A DNA stretch of 64,000 bases. It comes from a virus. Position numbers and translations under genes: made by a program. Numbering within the stretch: the first letter of the stretch is position 1; every line of letters starts with the position of its first letter. The notes beneath the pieces were generated by a model. That model was given only the letters and a program-made list of their open reading frames with translations, had not been told where the DNA came from and did no database searches. Location of the stretch: positions 1 to 64,000 of IMG/VR virus record IMGVR_UViG_3300034101_001153. The stretch is one strand, 5' to 3'. Of the stretch, positions 53,791 through 64,000 are shown one piece after another.

Positions 53791-56700
53791 TATTGTTCCT
53801 TTCTATGATTGACTCCAATTGTAGCACTCTTTGTTTAAGAATGTCAATATCTTTCAGTGCCTCTTTAAATGCTCCTACTAAATAGTAAACAAATGGTTGC
53901 TGTGTCAAATCTTGTGGTATTATTTCACCATTTTCATCTACATCGTCTTTAATCCCGCCGACAGCCTCTGGTATATATTTTTGCACCTCATGAGCAATAA
54001 AGCCATATGTTTTTCCAGTATTTTCTATATTTTTCCACTCAAATGTTACTGGTCTAAGACTATTGATAATATTAGAAAAGTCTCTTGTATCATCTTCTAT
54101 GTTTTTCTTTAATCTATAATCTGATGCAGATACTAGAGTCGGCGCTCCAGCCGCTGACGCTACTCTGATAAATCCTAAATCTACGCCATTTCTTTGGAAT
54201 TCTATGGCATTCCAGTTAGTTGTATAATTATTTGTAGAATTTATTCTCAAACCTCTTTCTGCTGCACCACCAACATTTCTATTTGTTGAAAGCAGTCCCC
54301 CTGTTATGGTGGTATTCCCCCCAGTGGATAGTGTAGAACTAATGCTTGCTGTACCAACAACAGTAAGTGTATTTGTTGGAGATAGAGTTCCTATGCCTAT
54401 TCTAGTATTAGTTTGATCTAGTACAAAGTTAGAGTCCAAGCCCATAACTGTGCCTCTTAAAGTTATACTTCCAGTTGTACCAGCAGTAAGGCGTAATTGC
54501 CTAAATGTGTCTGCGCCTGTTGCTATACCAACATTCATCCAAGAAGAAGATGGGACGTATTCCACCCTAGCCTGATTTGTTGATGAGTTGTTTCTTCTAA
54601 ATGAAAGTTTAGATAGGTCGGCATCGCTGGTTCCGACAGGACTGGAAGATAGTATAAGATCTCCACCAGAATTAATATTTATAGTTCCAGTAGGGGTTAT
54701 ATTCATTAGTGATTTTGTTGGATCAACATTTCCTACCCAAAGCCTATATGATGGATTTGTTCCAGATATTCCTAATATTCCAGAAGCAGAATTTGATTCC
54801 CCCCCTGAAGTCGTTTCTGATCCTAATTGTCCAACTATAATTTTACCGTCCGCATTTATTTCTAAAGCATCGGTAAAAAGCATACCATCATTAAACTTAA
54901 ATCCTGCAATTTCAGAATAGTTATTTGATAGAGAAACATCTACGCTGTCCCACCATACTGTTGTCGATGCGGAGGTAGTTGTAGTTCTTAAATGAATACT
55001 ATTATATAGATCAATAGATGATCTTGGAGTAAACCTACCACTGACTTTTGTCCAGGTATTTGCAGTAAGTTCTGTTGCTCCTAAAATACTAGTAATTACA
55101 GTAGATCCAGATTGAAAATAATCTGGATATGTAATTGCTGAAGAACTCAGAATCCAAATATCTATAAAGTCGTTTGATGAAATAGATAAATTAGATGCTG
55201 ATCTTACCCATGCAGAAATAATATACTCCTGTCCTGGAACTAAAGAAATGTTTTGATCAATGGCGGTGGAGTATCCTGGAGATTGACTAGTTTTTATTGA
55301 GTACCCGCCAGAATAATATATTGATGAGTCTATTGTCGCACTATTTGGCACTCCAAAATATCCCCAAAATGTTCTCCATGGACTTGTTGACCCAGTATCA
55401 AATCCTCCATTAGTGATGGTACTCGCTGAATCTCCTGTCGTTAACTTAAATAATTTTGAATCAGATACTGAGTATCCAACTAGGTCTGTGCTATCAAATT
55501 CTATTCTCTGATTAGATATGCTACTTTGTGCTAAAATTTTTCCACTTCCAAAAACTCCAAGGGTTCCTGTGAATGATCCACTTTGTGCATTTATATTACC
55601 AATTATTGATGCACTGTTGGCAACTAAATTTCCAAATTGATTAACACTAAATACTGTTGGATTGCCAAGCCTAAACCCGCCAGAAGACGACACGATAACG
55701 CTGGCCGTTGACATTTGATTATTTGCTAAGGTGAATCCCGCTATAGATCCTACAGAGGCAGTAATATGCTGAGCAGATATAGATCCTGTGAATTGTCCAG
55801 AATTTGCTGTAATATTTCCCGTTATAGATGCAGATGTGGCCCTTAGATTTCCAAATTGATCGACGGAGAATATTGTCGGATTTCCTAGTCTGAAGCCACC
55901 AGAAGAAGAAACAACAACTGATGCTGTAGACATCTGATTATTTGATAAAGTGAATCCAGCAATGCTTCCAACAGATGCAGTTATGTGTTGTGCTCTTACA
56001 GAGCCAGTAAAATTACCAGATCTAGCATTTATATTTCCATCTATATATAGGTCAGTGCCGTCAAAGGCTAGAGATCCTGTTGCACCTTTTAGTTTAAATC
56101 TAGCATTCTCATCTACATAGAAACCATTTCCAGTTGAATATGATGTAGCCACCCCATTTTGTACATTGTAAATGGCAGCGGAGGCACCAACAGATCTAAA
56201 TCCTCTAATTACTATACCGTCTGTTACGCTTCCACTTGAGTCTACGTTTCCATAAATCATATTCGCATTAGATGCACTCTGGCTAACTATTCCTGTTGGT
56301 ATAATCCTAAATGTTCCAAGTCTTGGTGATCCAGATACTGGAAGTGCGAATGCCTCAAGCCCATTGGAATGGAATCCAAATAAACCGCTTGCATTGAGAA
56401 CTGTTCTTTGTCCAGAGTCAACACTGCTACCAGCAAAAATTGCTCCACTGGAACTTACTGAAACGGCACCAACAAATCTACCAGCAGAGGCAGTTATATC
56501 TCCACTAAATGATCCAGAAGTTGCATTTATTCTTCCAGAAATTGAAGCAGTATTAGCCACAAGATTACCAAATTGATCAACTGAAAACACGGCTGGGTTT
56601 CCTAGTCTAAACCCACCAGAAGAAGACACAACAACGCTTGAAGTAGACATTTGATTATTAGCCAGAGTAAAGCCTGCGATAGTACCAGTAGATGCAGTTA

Positions 56701-58183
56701 TGTGCTGTGCAACTACAGAACCTGTAAATAGTCCACTTTGGGCTGTTATGTTTCCTGTTATTGAAGCACTAGTTGCTACAAGCCCACCTGTTGATGTTAC
56801 TCTAAATGGTGCATTAGTAGGTGTAGCACTGCCAGCCCAAAGTCTAAAGTTTGCATCTGAAGATGAGAGTTCTACTACATTTTGACCAGTACCAAGAATA
56901 ATATCTCCTGTACTTACAATGCTTGCATTCGTACCAGAAAGAATACTAGCAGAAAGCCCCCAGCCAGCAATAGTTCCTGTTGATGCAGTTATATGTTGAG
57001 CAACAACAGAGCCTGTAAATCTACCAGATGTTGCAGTAATATCACCTGTAATAGAAGCAGATGTAGCACGCATATTGCCAAATTGATCTACGGAAAAAAT
57101 TGTTGGATTGCCAAGTCTGAATCCTCCAGAAGAAGACACAATTACAGAAGCAGTAGATAGTTGATTTCTTGAAAGATTAAATCCACCTACATTTCCAACT
57201 GATGCAGTAATATTCGTAGCATTTATACTGCCAGTTACTGTTAGTGTGCTACCGCTCCATACCACATTATTAGCAGAGCCACCGACCCCAAACTGCCCAT
57301 CAGAATACCAATAGTTGTTGGCATCAATATAGATACCGTCGTTAGTACCATTTACGTCATTTGAAATTCTAAGAAGAGTTGGACTTGCTCCAACCTGTAA
57401 AGAGTTTACTGTAACTGGTGCAAGAATATTTACAGAGGCACCAATAGTTACCGCCGACCCATTGTAGACTATTCCACTAGATCCCCCAACATCTAATGTG
57501 GTGGCAGTAAGAGCGCCTGAAATAGATGCTCCTGTAGCACTTAATTCCCCTGCATAATTAACTCTAAATGGTGCTGTGGCACGACCAGTAAATGGAGATC
57601 CAGAGAATATTGCTATGTCTGATCCAGTAAATGCTGATGGAGCGTAGAATCCAACACTAGCATTACTTAAAAGATTTGCTCCAATTTCCCATCCAGATTC
57701 ACTATCCCCTATGTATCCAGATGTAGCCTCAATTCTTCCACGCACTGCGACATTGGTAAAAATTGCATTACCTTCTTGGCTGATATACCAACCAGCAGAC
57801 CCAAGTGTTTTATCAGAAAAGTCTTCTTTTATAACTACTACTTGAGTAGCAGAAGATGCATAAGTAACACTTTTAGTTTCTTCTGAATCTACATAATATA
57901 ATGTTGTTTCTCCAGTATATGATCCTAATTCAAGTAGGGGGTCTTGTTTCGATACACTAAGAATTGGATAAAAAACATACTCTGACCCAGAAGATATTCC
58001 TAGTAGTTGTCCAGCAATTACATCAGAAACAGAAACGCTTGCGGGACCACCAGAAATCCACCCATCAAAATTATTGGAGGCTATTGCCTTTGTCATAAAT
58101 CTTACTATGCCAGAGTCATCCTCATATCCCATGATAGGAGTATTGTTAACAAACTCATCTGGTGTTCCGTAAGATTCTGCCAT
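53783..58183 (-). CDS. long tail fibre with ~65-aa repeats, CBM4/9-like domain and peptidase S74 chaperone
   Basis: AQHITAS.G.IAGFTL.NNQMST.SV.VSSSGGFRLGNP..FSVDQFGN repeats; ITNGGFD..W..L.PGQEYIISAWVR; SDYRLKKNI; AGGAG RBS before MAESYG. Confidence 0.85.
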   Translation of the reverse strand: MAESYGTPDEFVNNTPIMGYEDDSGIVRFMTKAIASNNFDGWISGGPASVSVSDVIAGQLLGISSGSEYVFYPILSVSKQDPLLELGSYTGETTLYYVDSEETKSVTYASSATQVVVIKEDFSDKTLGSAGWYISQEGNAIFTNVAVRGRIEATSGYIGDSESGWEIGANLLSNASVGFYAPSAFTGSDIAIFSGSPFTGRATAPFRVNYAGELSATGASISGALTATTLDVGGSSGIVYNGSAVTIGASVNILAPVTVNSLQVGASPTLLRISNDVNGTNDGIYIDANNYWYSDGQFGVGGSANNVVWSGSTLTVTGSINATNITASVGNVGGFNLSRNQLSTASVIVSSSGGFRLGNPTIFSVDQFGNMRATSASITGDITATSGRFTGSVVAQHITASTGTIAGWGLSASILSGTNASIVSTGDIILGTGQNVVELSSSDANFRLWAGSATPTNAPFRVTSTGGLVATSASITGNITAQSGLFTGSVVAQHITASTGTIAGFTLANNQMSTSSVVVSSSGGFRLGNPAVFSVDQFGNLVANTASISGRINATSGSFSGDITASAGRFVGAVSVSSSGAIFAGSSVDSGQRTVLNASGLFGFHSNGLEAFALPVSGSPRLGTFRIIPTGIVSQSASNANMIYGNVDSSGSVTDGIVIRGFRSVGASAAIYNVQNGVATSYSTGNGFYVDENARFKLKGATGSLAFDGTDLYIDGNINARSGNFTGSVRAQHITASVGSIAGFTLSNNQMSTASVVVSSSGGFRLGNPTIFSVDQFGNLRATSASITGNITANSGQFTGSISAQHITASVGSIAGFTLANNQMSTASVIVSSSGGFRLGNPTVFSVNQFGNLVANSASIIGNINAQSGSFTGTLGVFGSGKILAQSSISNQRIEFDSTDLVGYSVSDSKLFKLTTGDSASTITNGGFDTGSTSPWRTFWGYFGVPNSATIDSSIYYSGGYSIKTSQSPGYSTAIDQNISLVPGQEYIISAWVRSASNLSISSNDFIDIWILSSSAITYPDYFQSGSTVITSILGATELTANTWTKVSGRFTPRSSIDLYNSIHLRTTTTSASTTVWWDSVDVSLSNNYSEIAGFKFNDGMLFTDALEINADGKIIVGQLGSETTSGGESNSASGILGISGTNPSYRLWVGNVDPTKSLMNITPTGTININSGGDLILSSSPVGTSDADLSKLSFRRNNSSTNQARVEYVPSSSWMNVGIATGADTFRQLRLTAGTTGSITLRGTVMGLDSNFVLDQTNTRIGIGTLSPTNTLTVVGTASISSTLSTGGNTTITGGLLSTNRNVGGAAERGLRINSTNNYTTNWNAIEFQRNGVDLGFIRVASAAGAPTLVSASDYRLKKNIEDDTRDFSNIINSLRPVTFEWKNIENTGKTYGFIAHEVQKYIPEAVGGIKDDVDENGEIIPQDLTQQPFVYYLVGAFKEALKDIDILKQRVLQLESIIERNNNV

Positions 58184-58194
58184 TATATCTCCTA

Positions 58195-59067
58195 TTATAC
58201 TGGCCTTGAAGCCTTTTTCCAAATTGGATTATTGCTGTCATCTAATTGAAGCCAGGTCCCACTCCAAGTATTATCTTTATTTTTTATATATCTAGCAATA
58301 GCAACATAAAACTCAATATTATTACCATTTGCATTGTCAAAAAAACTTGCATACGCCTGCTTATTCCCAAATGCATCAATCACTGCTGAATAGGATGGTG
58401 GATTTGATCCAATTGCAGTTTTATCATTCATAAGTTTTTTTTCTGTTCCTGTAGTGATTGGGTCAGAACTTTGAGAATATGCAAATATAGCAATATCTTT
58501 TGCATATTCATTATAAAGAAATGTATTAATATAATTATTTTCTAAAGAAATTCTATATCTTTTGCCCGTCGCTATTTTAATAATTTCTTTAATAGAATTA
58601 ACTGATGGATTTAAAGAGCCAGACCCCACACCCACCCTTGATTTTTCAACCTCTATCGAAACATATGGGAGTTTTTGATCTTTAGATGTTATTCTATAGT
58701 TTCGATTATTTAGCGAAGCAAGTGGGCCGCTTGATGCAGTAACATTCATTAGATCATTAACTCTGATTGAAGTAGGAGAAGAATTTAGTTTAATCGTAAC
58801 CTTATTAGTAGTACGATTTCCTTTTATTGCTTCAGATTTATAACTTGAAATTCTATATTCAGTGCCCTGGTAGGATTCTACTGATTGTACTTGAAATTCC
58901 GACGTAACATTAACAAAATCTATTCTTCTTGGATACTTTGGTATGCTTACTGTTATTAAGTCAGATAACTGTTCATCGAACATTTCTGAGGCCAGGTTAA
59001 ATTGCCAAATTTCTCCAGAATTAATCTTTTTAACATCGTTTCCACTTAAAGATATTTTTGTAGACAT
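58195..59067 (-). CDS. putative tail/baseplate protein
   Basis: Position in the tail module. Confidence 0.55.
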   Translation of the reverse strand: MSTKISLSGNDVKKINSGEIWQFNLASEMFDEQLSDLITVSIPKYPRRIDFVNVTSEFQVQSVESYQGTEYRISSYKSEAIKGNRTTNKVTIKLNSSPTSIRVNDLMNVTASSGPLASLNNRNYRITSKDQKLPYVSIEVEKSRVGVGSGSLNPSVNSIKEIIKIATGKRYRISLENNYINTFLYNEYAKDIAIFAYSQSSDPITTGTEKKLMNDKTAIGSNPPSYSAVIDAFGNKQAYASFFDNANGNNIEFYVAIARYIKNKDNTWSGTWLQLDDSNNPIWKKASRPV

Positions 59068-60048
59068 TTATATTCCCCCGCTGAAATTAATCAACAGGGA
59101 GTATTGAATGGCTACTGGAATAGATGCTGGTTTTTGTATTGGTGTGGCTAGAACAGCCCTTGATATCATTCCAAATGTTGTATCTGTTAAATATGTCCCA
59201 ACATCTGAACGAATTGCATCGATAGCAATCGTTGATGCCGTTCCATTCCAGAATCTTACAGATGTAATGTTCTCCCATGATGGTGATCCAGTAATGCTTG
59301 CAGAACCCTTTTGTGCTGTTAATATCCTATATCCTGAAGCAGATGGAATGTCGAAAGATAAAGTATAGTGATTTGATGAATCTGTCATAAATCTTGTATA
59401 GAAAAGTCCAGAAGCGGTGTCATGTGATTTAAAAAATGCAAACTTAAAAAGATCTTGTGATGAGTATGATGATAGAAAAGATAAGGAATTGTCGTCTGTA
59501 ATTTTTTCTATATAGTTAGATGTGCCGTCGCCGTTTCCTGGCATTGAAAGAACCGATGTTCCAATTCTAGCACTAGCAGAAACAGTTAATGAAGCAGTTG
59601 ACGCACTACCATTCTTTATAAATAAATCTATTTGATCAAAGTCAAATAGCGTAGATCCATCAACAGTAATTGTTGAATCAACATTGGTGGATGGATATAC
59701 TGCTACTTCTCGTATTTCATATTGATATGGGTCTACTATTTCTCCATAAAAAACAATAGCGTCATTACTATTGATGGCATCAAATGTGTTACCGACCGCT
59801 TTTGTTCTTCCTATTTCAAACCCCAATGTGTTATTGGTTATTAGAGTTGATGCTGAATTAAGAGTATTTGGAGTAGAATCGATTCCAAACGCTATTGAAT
59901 CTACAAAGTTGGGTATAATTCCCATCAATGATTTAATTACGATGGCTCGGCCTGCGGAAGTAAGAGCATTTTTCTGCTCTCCTATCAATTCCCCATTGGC
60001 ATAAAATCTATAAATTCCATCAATAGATTTTATATCATCTTCATGCAT
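59068..60048 (-). CDS. putative tail/baseplate protein
   Basis: KNALTSAGR..I, LGFEI.R, IREVAVY, ISRAVL..PI.K pattern typical of fibre-attachment proteins. Confidence 0.65.
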   Translation of the reverse strand: MHEDDIKSIDGIYRFYANGELIGEQKNALTSAGRAIVIKSLMGIIPNFVDSIAFGIDSTPNTLNSASTLITNNTLGFEIGRTKAVGNTFDAINSNDAIVFYGEIVDPYQYEIREVAVYPSTNVDSTITVDGSTLFDFDQIDLFIKNGSASTASLTVSASARIGTSVLSMPGNGDGTSNYIEKITDDNSLSFLSSYSSQDLFKFAFFKSHDTASGLFYTRFMTDSSNHYTLSFDIPSASGYRILTAQKGSASITGSPSWENITSVRFWNGTASTIAIDAIRSDVGTYLTDTTFGMISRAVLATPIQKPASIPVAIQYSLLINFSGGI

Positions 60049-60062
60049 GACGCTCCTTATCG

Positions 60063-60512
60063 CTATGTCTTTTGTTTAGGAGATGCTGTATGAATTTTCA
60101 AATCATCAGCACCCAGACCATCGTAATCTAAAGAAAGTGTTATTTCGGCATCTCCTCTACTATTATATATGAAATTGAACATTTTTAGATATTCTGGATA
60201 ATCAGAATTTGGGAGACCAGCAAAATTATACCCTACTGCCAGCCGTGATCTAATTTCATTTACTATGTCGGTAAACTGGTTTCTTATAAAATTAGACTGT
60301 CTTGGAATATCAATTTCATCTTCTGGAATGAAATTTATAGTGTCATAGTTAACATCTAAAACGAGTATGCCTTTCATGCTGTCGATAAGTTCTTTAGTCA
60401 GCCTTTCTGTTTCTTCTTTTACCAATTTTTTAATGTTTGGCATACCTATTGGGTCATTAGATTTATCTGGCTGATCTTCATCTGTATTATTTCGTCCTGG
60501 ATTTCTTGGCAT
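60063..60512 (-). CDS. hypothetical protein (tail module)
   Basis: ORF track; coupled. Confidence 0.65.
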   Translation of the reverse strand: MPRNPGRNNTDEDQPDKSNDPIGMPNIKKLVKEETERLTKELIDSMKGILVLDVNYDTINFIPEDEIDIPRQSNFIRNQFTDIVNEIRSRLAVGYNFAGLPNSDYPEYLKMFNFIYNSRGDAEITLSLDYDGLGADDLKIHTASPKQKT

Positions 60513-63500
60513 TATGACTCACCTACCTGTATAAGAGTTACTTTCATAGATGGGCCTTCTTCAGAAACTGATCTATTTATTTCAGATACAATAAATACAG
60601 AATTACTAAATATTGAATTGTCCATATTATATCCTCTATCGGAGGAAAAGACTCTAACCTTGTCCCCTAATTCGATAAGTGGATTAGGAAACATCTCTAG
60701 TGATATCTTGAATCTTTGATTACTGCAATTCTTTAAAATCCATTTCATAAGTTTATCTGCTTGATCAATACTTTGGATATAAGTACTATCTATATTAAAT
60801 CCTTTAATACCATATACAGATTTATTGAATTCTATGTCTGTTGATTTTGTTCCGTCCTCATCTATTTTTTTGTATATGCTATCTACTGTTATGTTGCCCG
60901 TGCTTAATTCTTCTAATTGAGGCCCCAAAATCCATAAAGGAAGATCATCTTCATCTACAATTCTAATTGCAGTATTAGACGTATTGACAACAACAACTTC
61001 TGCTCCAAAGGGAGTATATCTTTGTTTTTTAATCATATACTGTGGATTAACTCTTGATATATCTATTAGTTTAGAAAAGAGTACTGGCGAATTATATCTT
61101 GGCTCATACTTTTTAACCTGTCTAACAATTTTACCAAAATCATTGTAATATAGCCTAAATCTATTTTTAAATAAGTAATGCGTACTCTGAGGAATACTTC
61201 CTCTCTGCACTAATTCATCAAACTCTACATTGGCTTTGAATATGCTTTCATTTGCGCCAGCCTTATTTGTTTTTGCTGCGGCATAAATATTTTCATATAT
61301 GGCCTCAGAATCATTTCTAACAAACATGAATACATTTTTCTTGTCTTTAAAGTATCTAGTAGGGACCTTATCTTGAATCTTTTTCTTTGGGCTTATGTCT
61401 CGTCCACCATAGTATATTTTAAATTCTACGCCTTTATTGGCATATTCCATTCTTATTTCTAGATCAAACACTGGGTCTCCAGGATTATTTTCTCCAGCGA
61501 CTACTTGAGCATCAAGATTCGAAACTGTGTATGATTTTACTTGTGCAGTTGCTAATAAATTAGGTTTGATCTTTCCATCTTTAGCCTCTAATTTATAAAA
61601 TCTTAAATTATTTTTAAATGCTTCCTTAGCAGCAAAATCTTTACCGGACCCTAAAGTTTCTACTTCAAGGAAGTACCCTGAGTTTATAATTGTTTTTCCG
61701 CCCTGCCTTTTCATGTCAAGGCCGATTCCTACTCCAGCAATAGAAGAATTTGTTGTCATCTGAGTCTGGTTTCCTTTAGTATTTTTTCTGGCGGAGTATA
61801 GTCTCATTGTCGTTCCAACAATATTTGGAGTAAATTCTAGATCTATCTTTTGACCGTAGACAAACCTTTCTCCAAGAGTATAGACATAGGGGTCAAACTC
61901 CGATCCAGGAACAAGGTCATCTACTTTATCATCAATTTTATTTTGTGCAGATAATACTTGATTGTCTGATCCAGCATTTAATGCTTTTCGATCCTCTAGA
62001 GGAGATCTATTTCCTATAAGTCTTAAATATCCAAGATACGTTTTATAGTTTTCTTTTGGAAGTTTGAGGGCTCTTTTTATCTTTTGTATACCAGATATTT
62101 TGGAAAAGTCATACAGCACAGTTATTTTAGGAAATCTTCCTGGGGCTTCTACGTTTGGTTTTCCACCAATTATTATACTAAATCTATCATTTTTTTCTAG
62201 TCCAGTGGAATTTTCATTAAATGCTTTATGTGCTGCAACCTTAGTCCCAAATTGTGCCCTTCCATCTCCATCAACTATATAAGAATAGGTTCCGTCATCA
62301 TTACTATTATCTATTCTAAATCTTACATAATTTACCAATGCTATTGGAACTATAGACCCTCTTAATTCAGATTTATTAATAAAATTATTTAAATCTTCTC
62401 TACTAAAAAATACTTTTGGAACCGTAGAGCCATTGACAGAATATGCTATTCCATTATATTCAATGATTTCACTATCTACCATTACATATCCAGACATTGT
62501 AGGAAATGTATATATTTCATTTCTATCAAGATACATGAGTAGTGATTGCTGTTTGGCTGAATTTGTTGTTGCTTCCTGGACCATTATCTTGATGGCCTCA
62601 TGCTGATCTATGGCATCAATTGGTGATGTGTATAAATTTTTAACTCTTGTACTAGAAATATCTTTTAGAAGATTGGCTGCTCCTAGAACAGATTCATTAT
62701 CAGATCCTGGTGACCAGACTTTACTAAATGTATAGTTGTATCCAGTTCCAACTAAAGAGTTGGCTGGCATATCATCTAATATATTTTTAGGAATAGCATC
62801 CTCTAATATAGATGTTCCTGGAGACTTTCTAATTCCATAGGAATGATATGTTATTGTTCCCTCAGTCACTGGATCAATTTTTTCTTCCTGTGCTGTTATA
62901 ACATTTGGCTTGTATCCATTAATATATGAATATTCTGTATTTGATGTAGTATATTTGTCATCATATATCGCCCAGAAGTCTGTTCCTCCGCTTGTCGTAC
63001 TGGTAGATTCATTAATTCTTTCAGTATTACAAACTCTTTCTTTGGTAAGAACATTGAGGTTACCAACAGCATCGATGAACATCGCTGATTGAGTCGCCAC
63101 TGCTATATTTTCTAAAACCTCAGCAACGGTTTGCTCTCTATTACAAAAAAAGTTTTTTATTAAAGTATCCTCGTCGGTGGCATCAGAATTGGATTGTTTA
63201 AATTCATATCCAGTAATTCCAAGATTATCTAAAAGCATAAGAATAAGTACGGAAAAGGGTATTCCCTTTGATGTAATTGTAGCCAAATCGACCGCATTTG
63301 TTTCTTGAAATATCCTCATCCTATCTGATAATGAAACATTTGCTGTGTAGTCTTCACCAATGTCCCAAGAATCTGAATACATTACTTTTAGGGGAACATT
63401 AGAAGATGACACTGTTTGATAGAATCTGAACTCAACATCGGGGGTTAAAAGATGCTGGGCTGCCGCGCTTCCAGATAAAAGGAATGTTTGACTTTCATTT

Positions 63501-64000
63501 GAAAGCATGACATTGCCATTTGAAGAAACAATTTTTCCTACTGGGAGGCCAAACTCGCCTTCTGCAATTGATGAATTAAATGAAAAACTTTCTGTATATG
63601 CAGAAACATCTGCTTCCAATCTTGGCGACATTTCAATAAGTTCTAATGATGATCTAAACTTTCTAGAGACATTAGATATGGTTGCAATAACTGGAGACAT
63701 TTCAATAACTCTTAACCTTATTCCTTTTATTAGTTTTGTTTGAGTTGATGGAGAGGATATCTCGCTAAGATTAGTTATTCTATTTACAGTTTTTGTCCAA
63801 AAAGCAGTATTGTTGTAATAAATTTCTAATTTGCCATTTACCCAGTCTGTTGCTGATGTGCCATTATAAACTTGCTGCCAGGAACTTCCAACTAATATAT
63901 CAACATAGAAGTTTTCTGGAACAGAAACATGATTTTGAACAGATATCAATATTTTATTACATGGAAATGAGTTCTCGTACACAACAAATGGATTGGCGTT
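60512..64000 (-). CDS. large minor tail / baseplate-hub protein, 5'-truncated by window
   Basis: Frame open to the window end; VLENIAVATQ..MFID..G.L; C-terminal FPNPLIELGDKV. Confidence 0.75.
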   Translation of the reverse strand, partial: NANPFVVYENSFPCNKILISVQNHVSVPENFYVDILVGSSWQQVYNGTSATDWVNGKLEIYYNNTAFWTKTVNRITNLSEISSPSTQTKLIKGIRLRVIEMSPVIATISNVSRKFRSSLELIEMSPRLEADVSAYTESFSFNSSIAEGEFGLPVGKIVSSNGNVMLSNESQTFLLSGSAAAQHLLTPDVEFRFYQTVSSSNVPLKVMYSDSWDIGEDYTANVSLSDRMRIFQETNAVDLATITSKGIPFSVLILMLLDNLGITGYEFKQSNSDATDEDTLIKNFFCNREQTVAEVLENIAVATQSAMFIDAVGNLNVLTKERVCNTERINESTSTTSGGTDFWAIYDDKYTTSNTEYSYINGYKPNVITAQEEKIDPVTEGTITYHSYGIRKSPGTSILEDAIPKNILDDMPANSLVGTGYNYTFSKVWSPGSDNESVLGAANLLKDISSTRVKNLYTSPIDAIDQHEAIKIMVQEATTNSAKQQSLLMYLDRNEIYTFPTMSGYVMVDSEIIEYNGIAYSVNGSTVPKVFFSREDLNNFINKSELRGSIVPIALVNYVRFRIDNSNDDGTYSYIVDGDGRAQFGTKVAAHKAFNENSTGLEKNDRFSIIIGGKPNVEAPGRFPKITVLYDFSKISGIQKIKRALKLPKENYKTYLGYLRLIGNRSPLEDRKALNAGSDNQVLSAQNKIDDKVDDLVPGSEFDPYVYTLGERFVYGQKIDLEFTPNIVGTTMRLYSARKNTKGNQTQMTTNSSIAGVGIGLDMKRQGGKTIINSGYFLEVETLGSGKDFAAKEAFKNNLRFYKLEAKDGKIKPNLLATAQVKSYTVSNLDAQVVAGENNPGDPVFDLEIRMEYANKGVEFKIYYGGRDISPKKKIQDKVPTRYFKDKKNVFMFVRNDSEAIYENIYAAAKTNKAGANESIFKANVEFDELVQRGSIPQSTHYLFKNRFRLYYNDFGKIVRQVKKYEPRYNSPVLFSKLIDISRVNPQYMIKKQRYTPFGAEVVVVNTSNTAIRIVDEDDLPLWILGPQLEELSTGNITVDSIYKKIDEDGTKSTDIEFNKSVYGIKGFNIDSTYIQSIDQADKLMKWILKNCSNQRFKISLEMFPNPLIELGDKVRVFSSDRGYNMDNSIFSNSVFIVSEINRSVSEEGPSMKVTLIQVGES

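Noticed and set aside
26294-58183. Diversity-generating retroelement acting on the fibre tips
   Set aside because: No reverse transcriptase in the window, and the similar C-termini differ at all base types rather than only at adenines.
9679-63743. Numerous short + strand ORFs opposite the - strand genes
   Set aside because: Antisense shadows without RBSs or recognisable motifs.
6536-64000. Stop-codon reassignment
   Set aside because: Genes are full length under code 11, all three stops terminate genes, and no suppressor anticodon was found.

Overview
This window is a 64-kb piece of a large lytic tailed dsDNA phage with an actinobacterial host. The host call rests on WhiB, an Lsr2-like domain, a DUF732-like lipoprotein, an AFALAA tmRNA tag and a TTGTCCACA-type DnaA box. 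The gene set resembles large Streptomyces and freshwater-actinobacterial siphoviruses. Positions 1-5.6 kb are a GC-richer + strand early/host-takeover region (DUF932, many tiny acidic ORFs, an Lsr2-like protein, 3 tRNA genes). Its intergenic gaps carry two previously unexplained bipartite motifs. It ends in a non-coding junction (5.6-6.5 kb) with seven DnaA-box-like 9-mers. Everything after that is on the - strand, in this order along the window: an IMPDH/GMP reductase; a pyrimidine-dimer glycosylase; a HAD phosphatase; a 13-kb glycan island (Gmd-Fcl-ColD, i.e. a likely GDP-colitose route, plus RmlB, DegT, GT2/GT10/GT11/GT25 and a methyltransferase); WhiB; a deaminase; two Ser/Thr/Ala-rich fibre genes; a very short tmRNA overlapping a glycosyltransferase gene; a tRNA cluster with a D-arm-less tRNA(UAU); a SpoU methylase; terminase; recombination and replication genes (RuvC, Cas4-like nuclease, RecA, DnaE, SSB, primase, DnaB); and the distal tail genes. 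All calls come from reading the sequence by eye. No database searches were run, and counts are hand counts.
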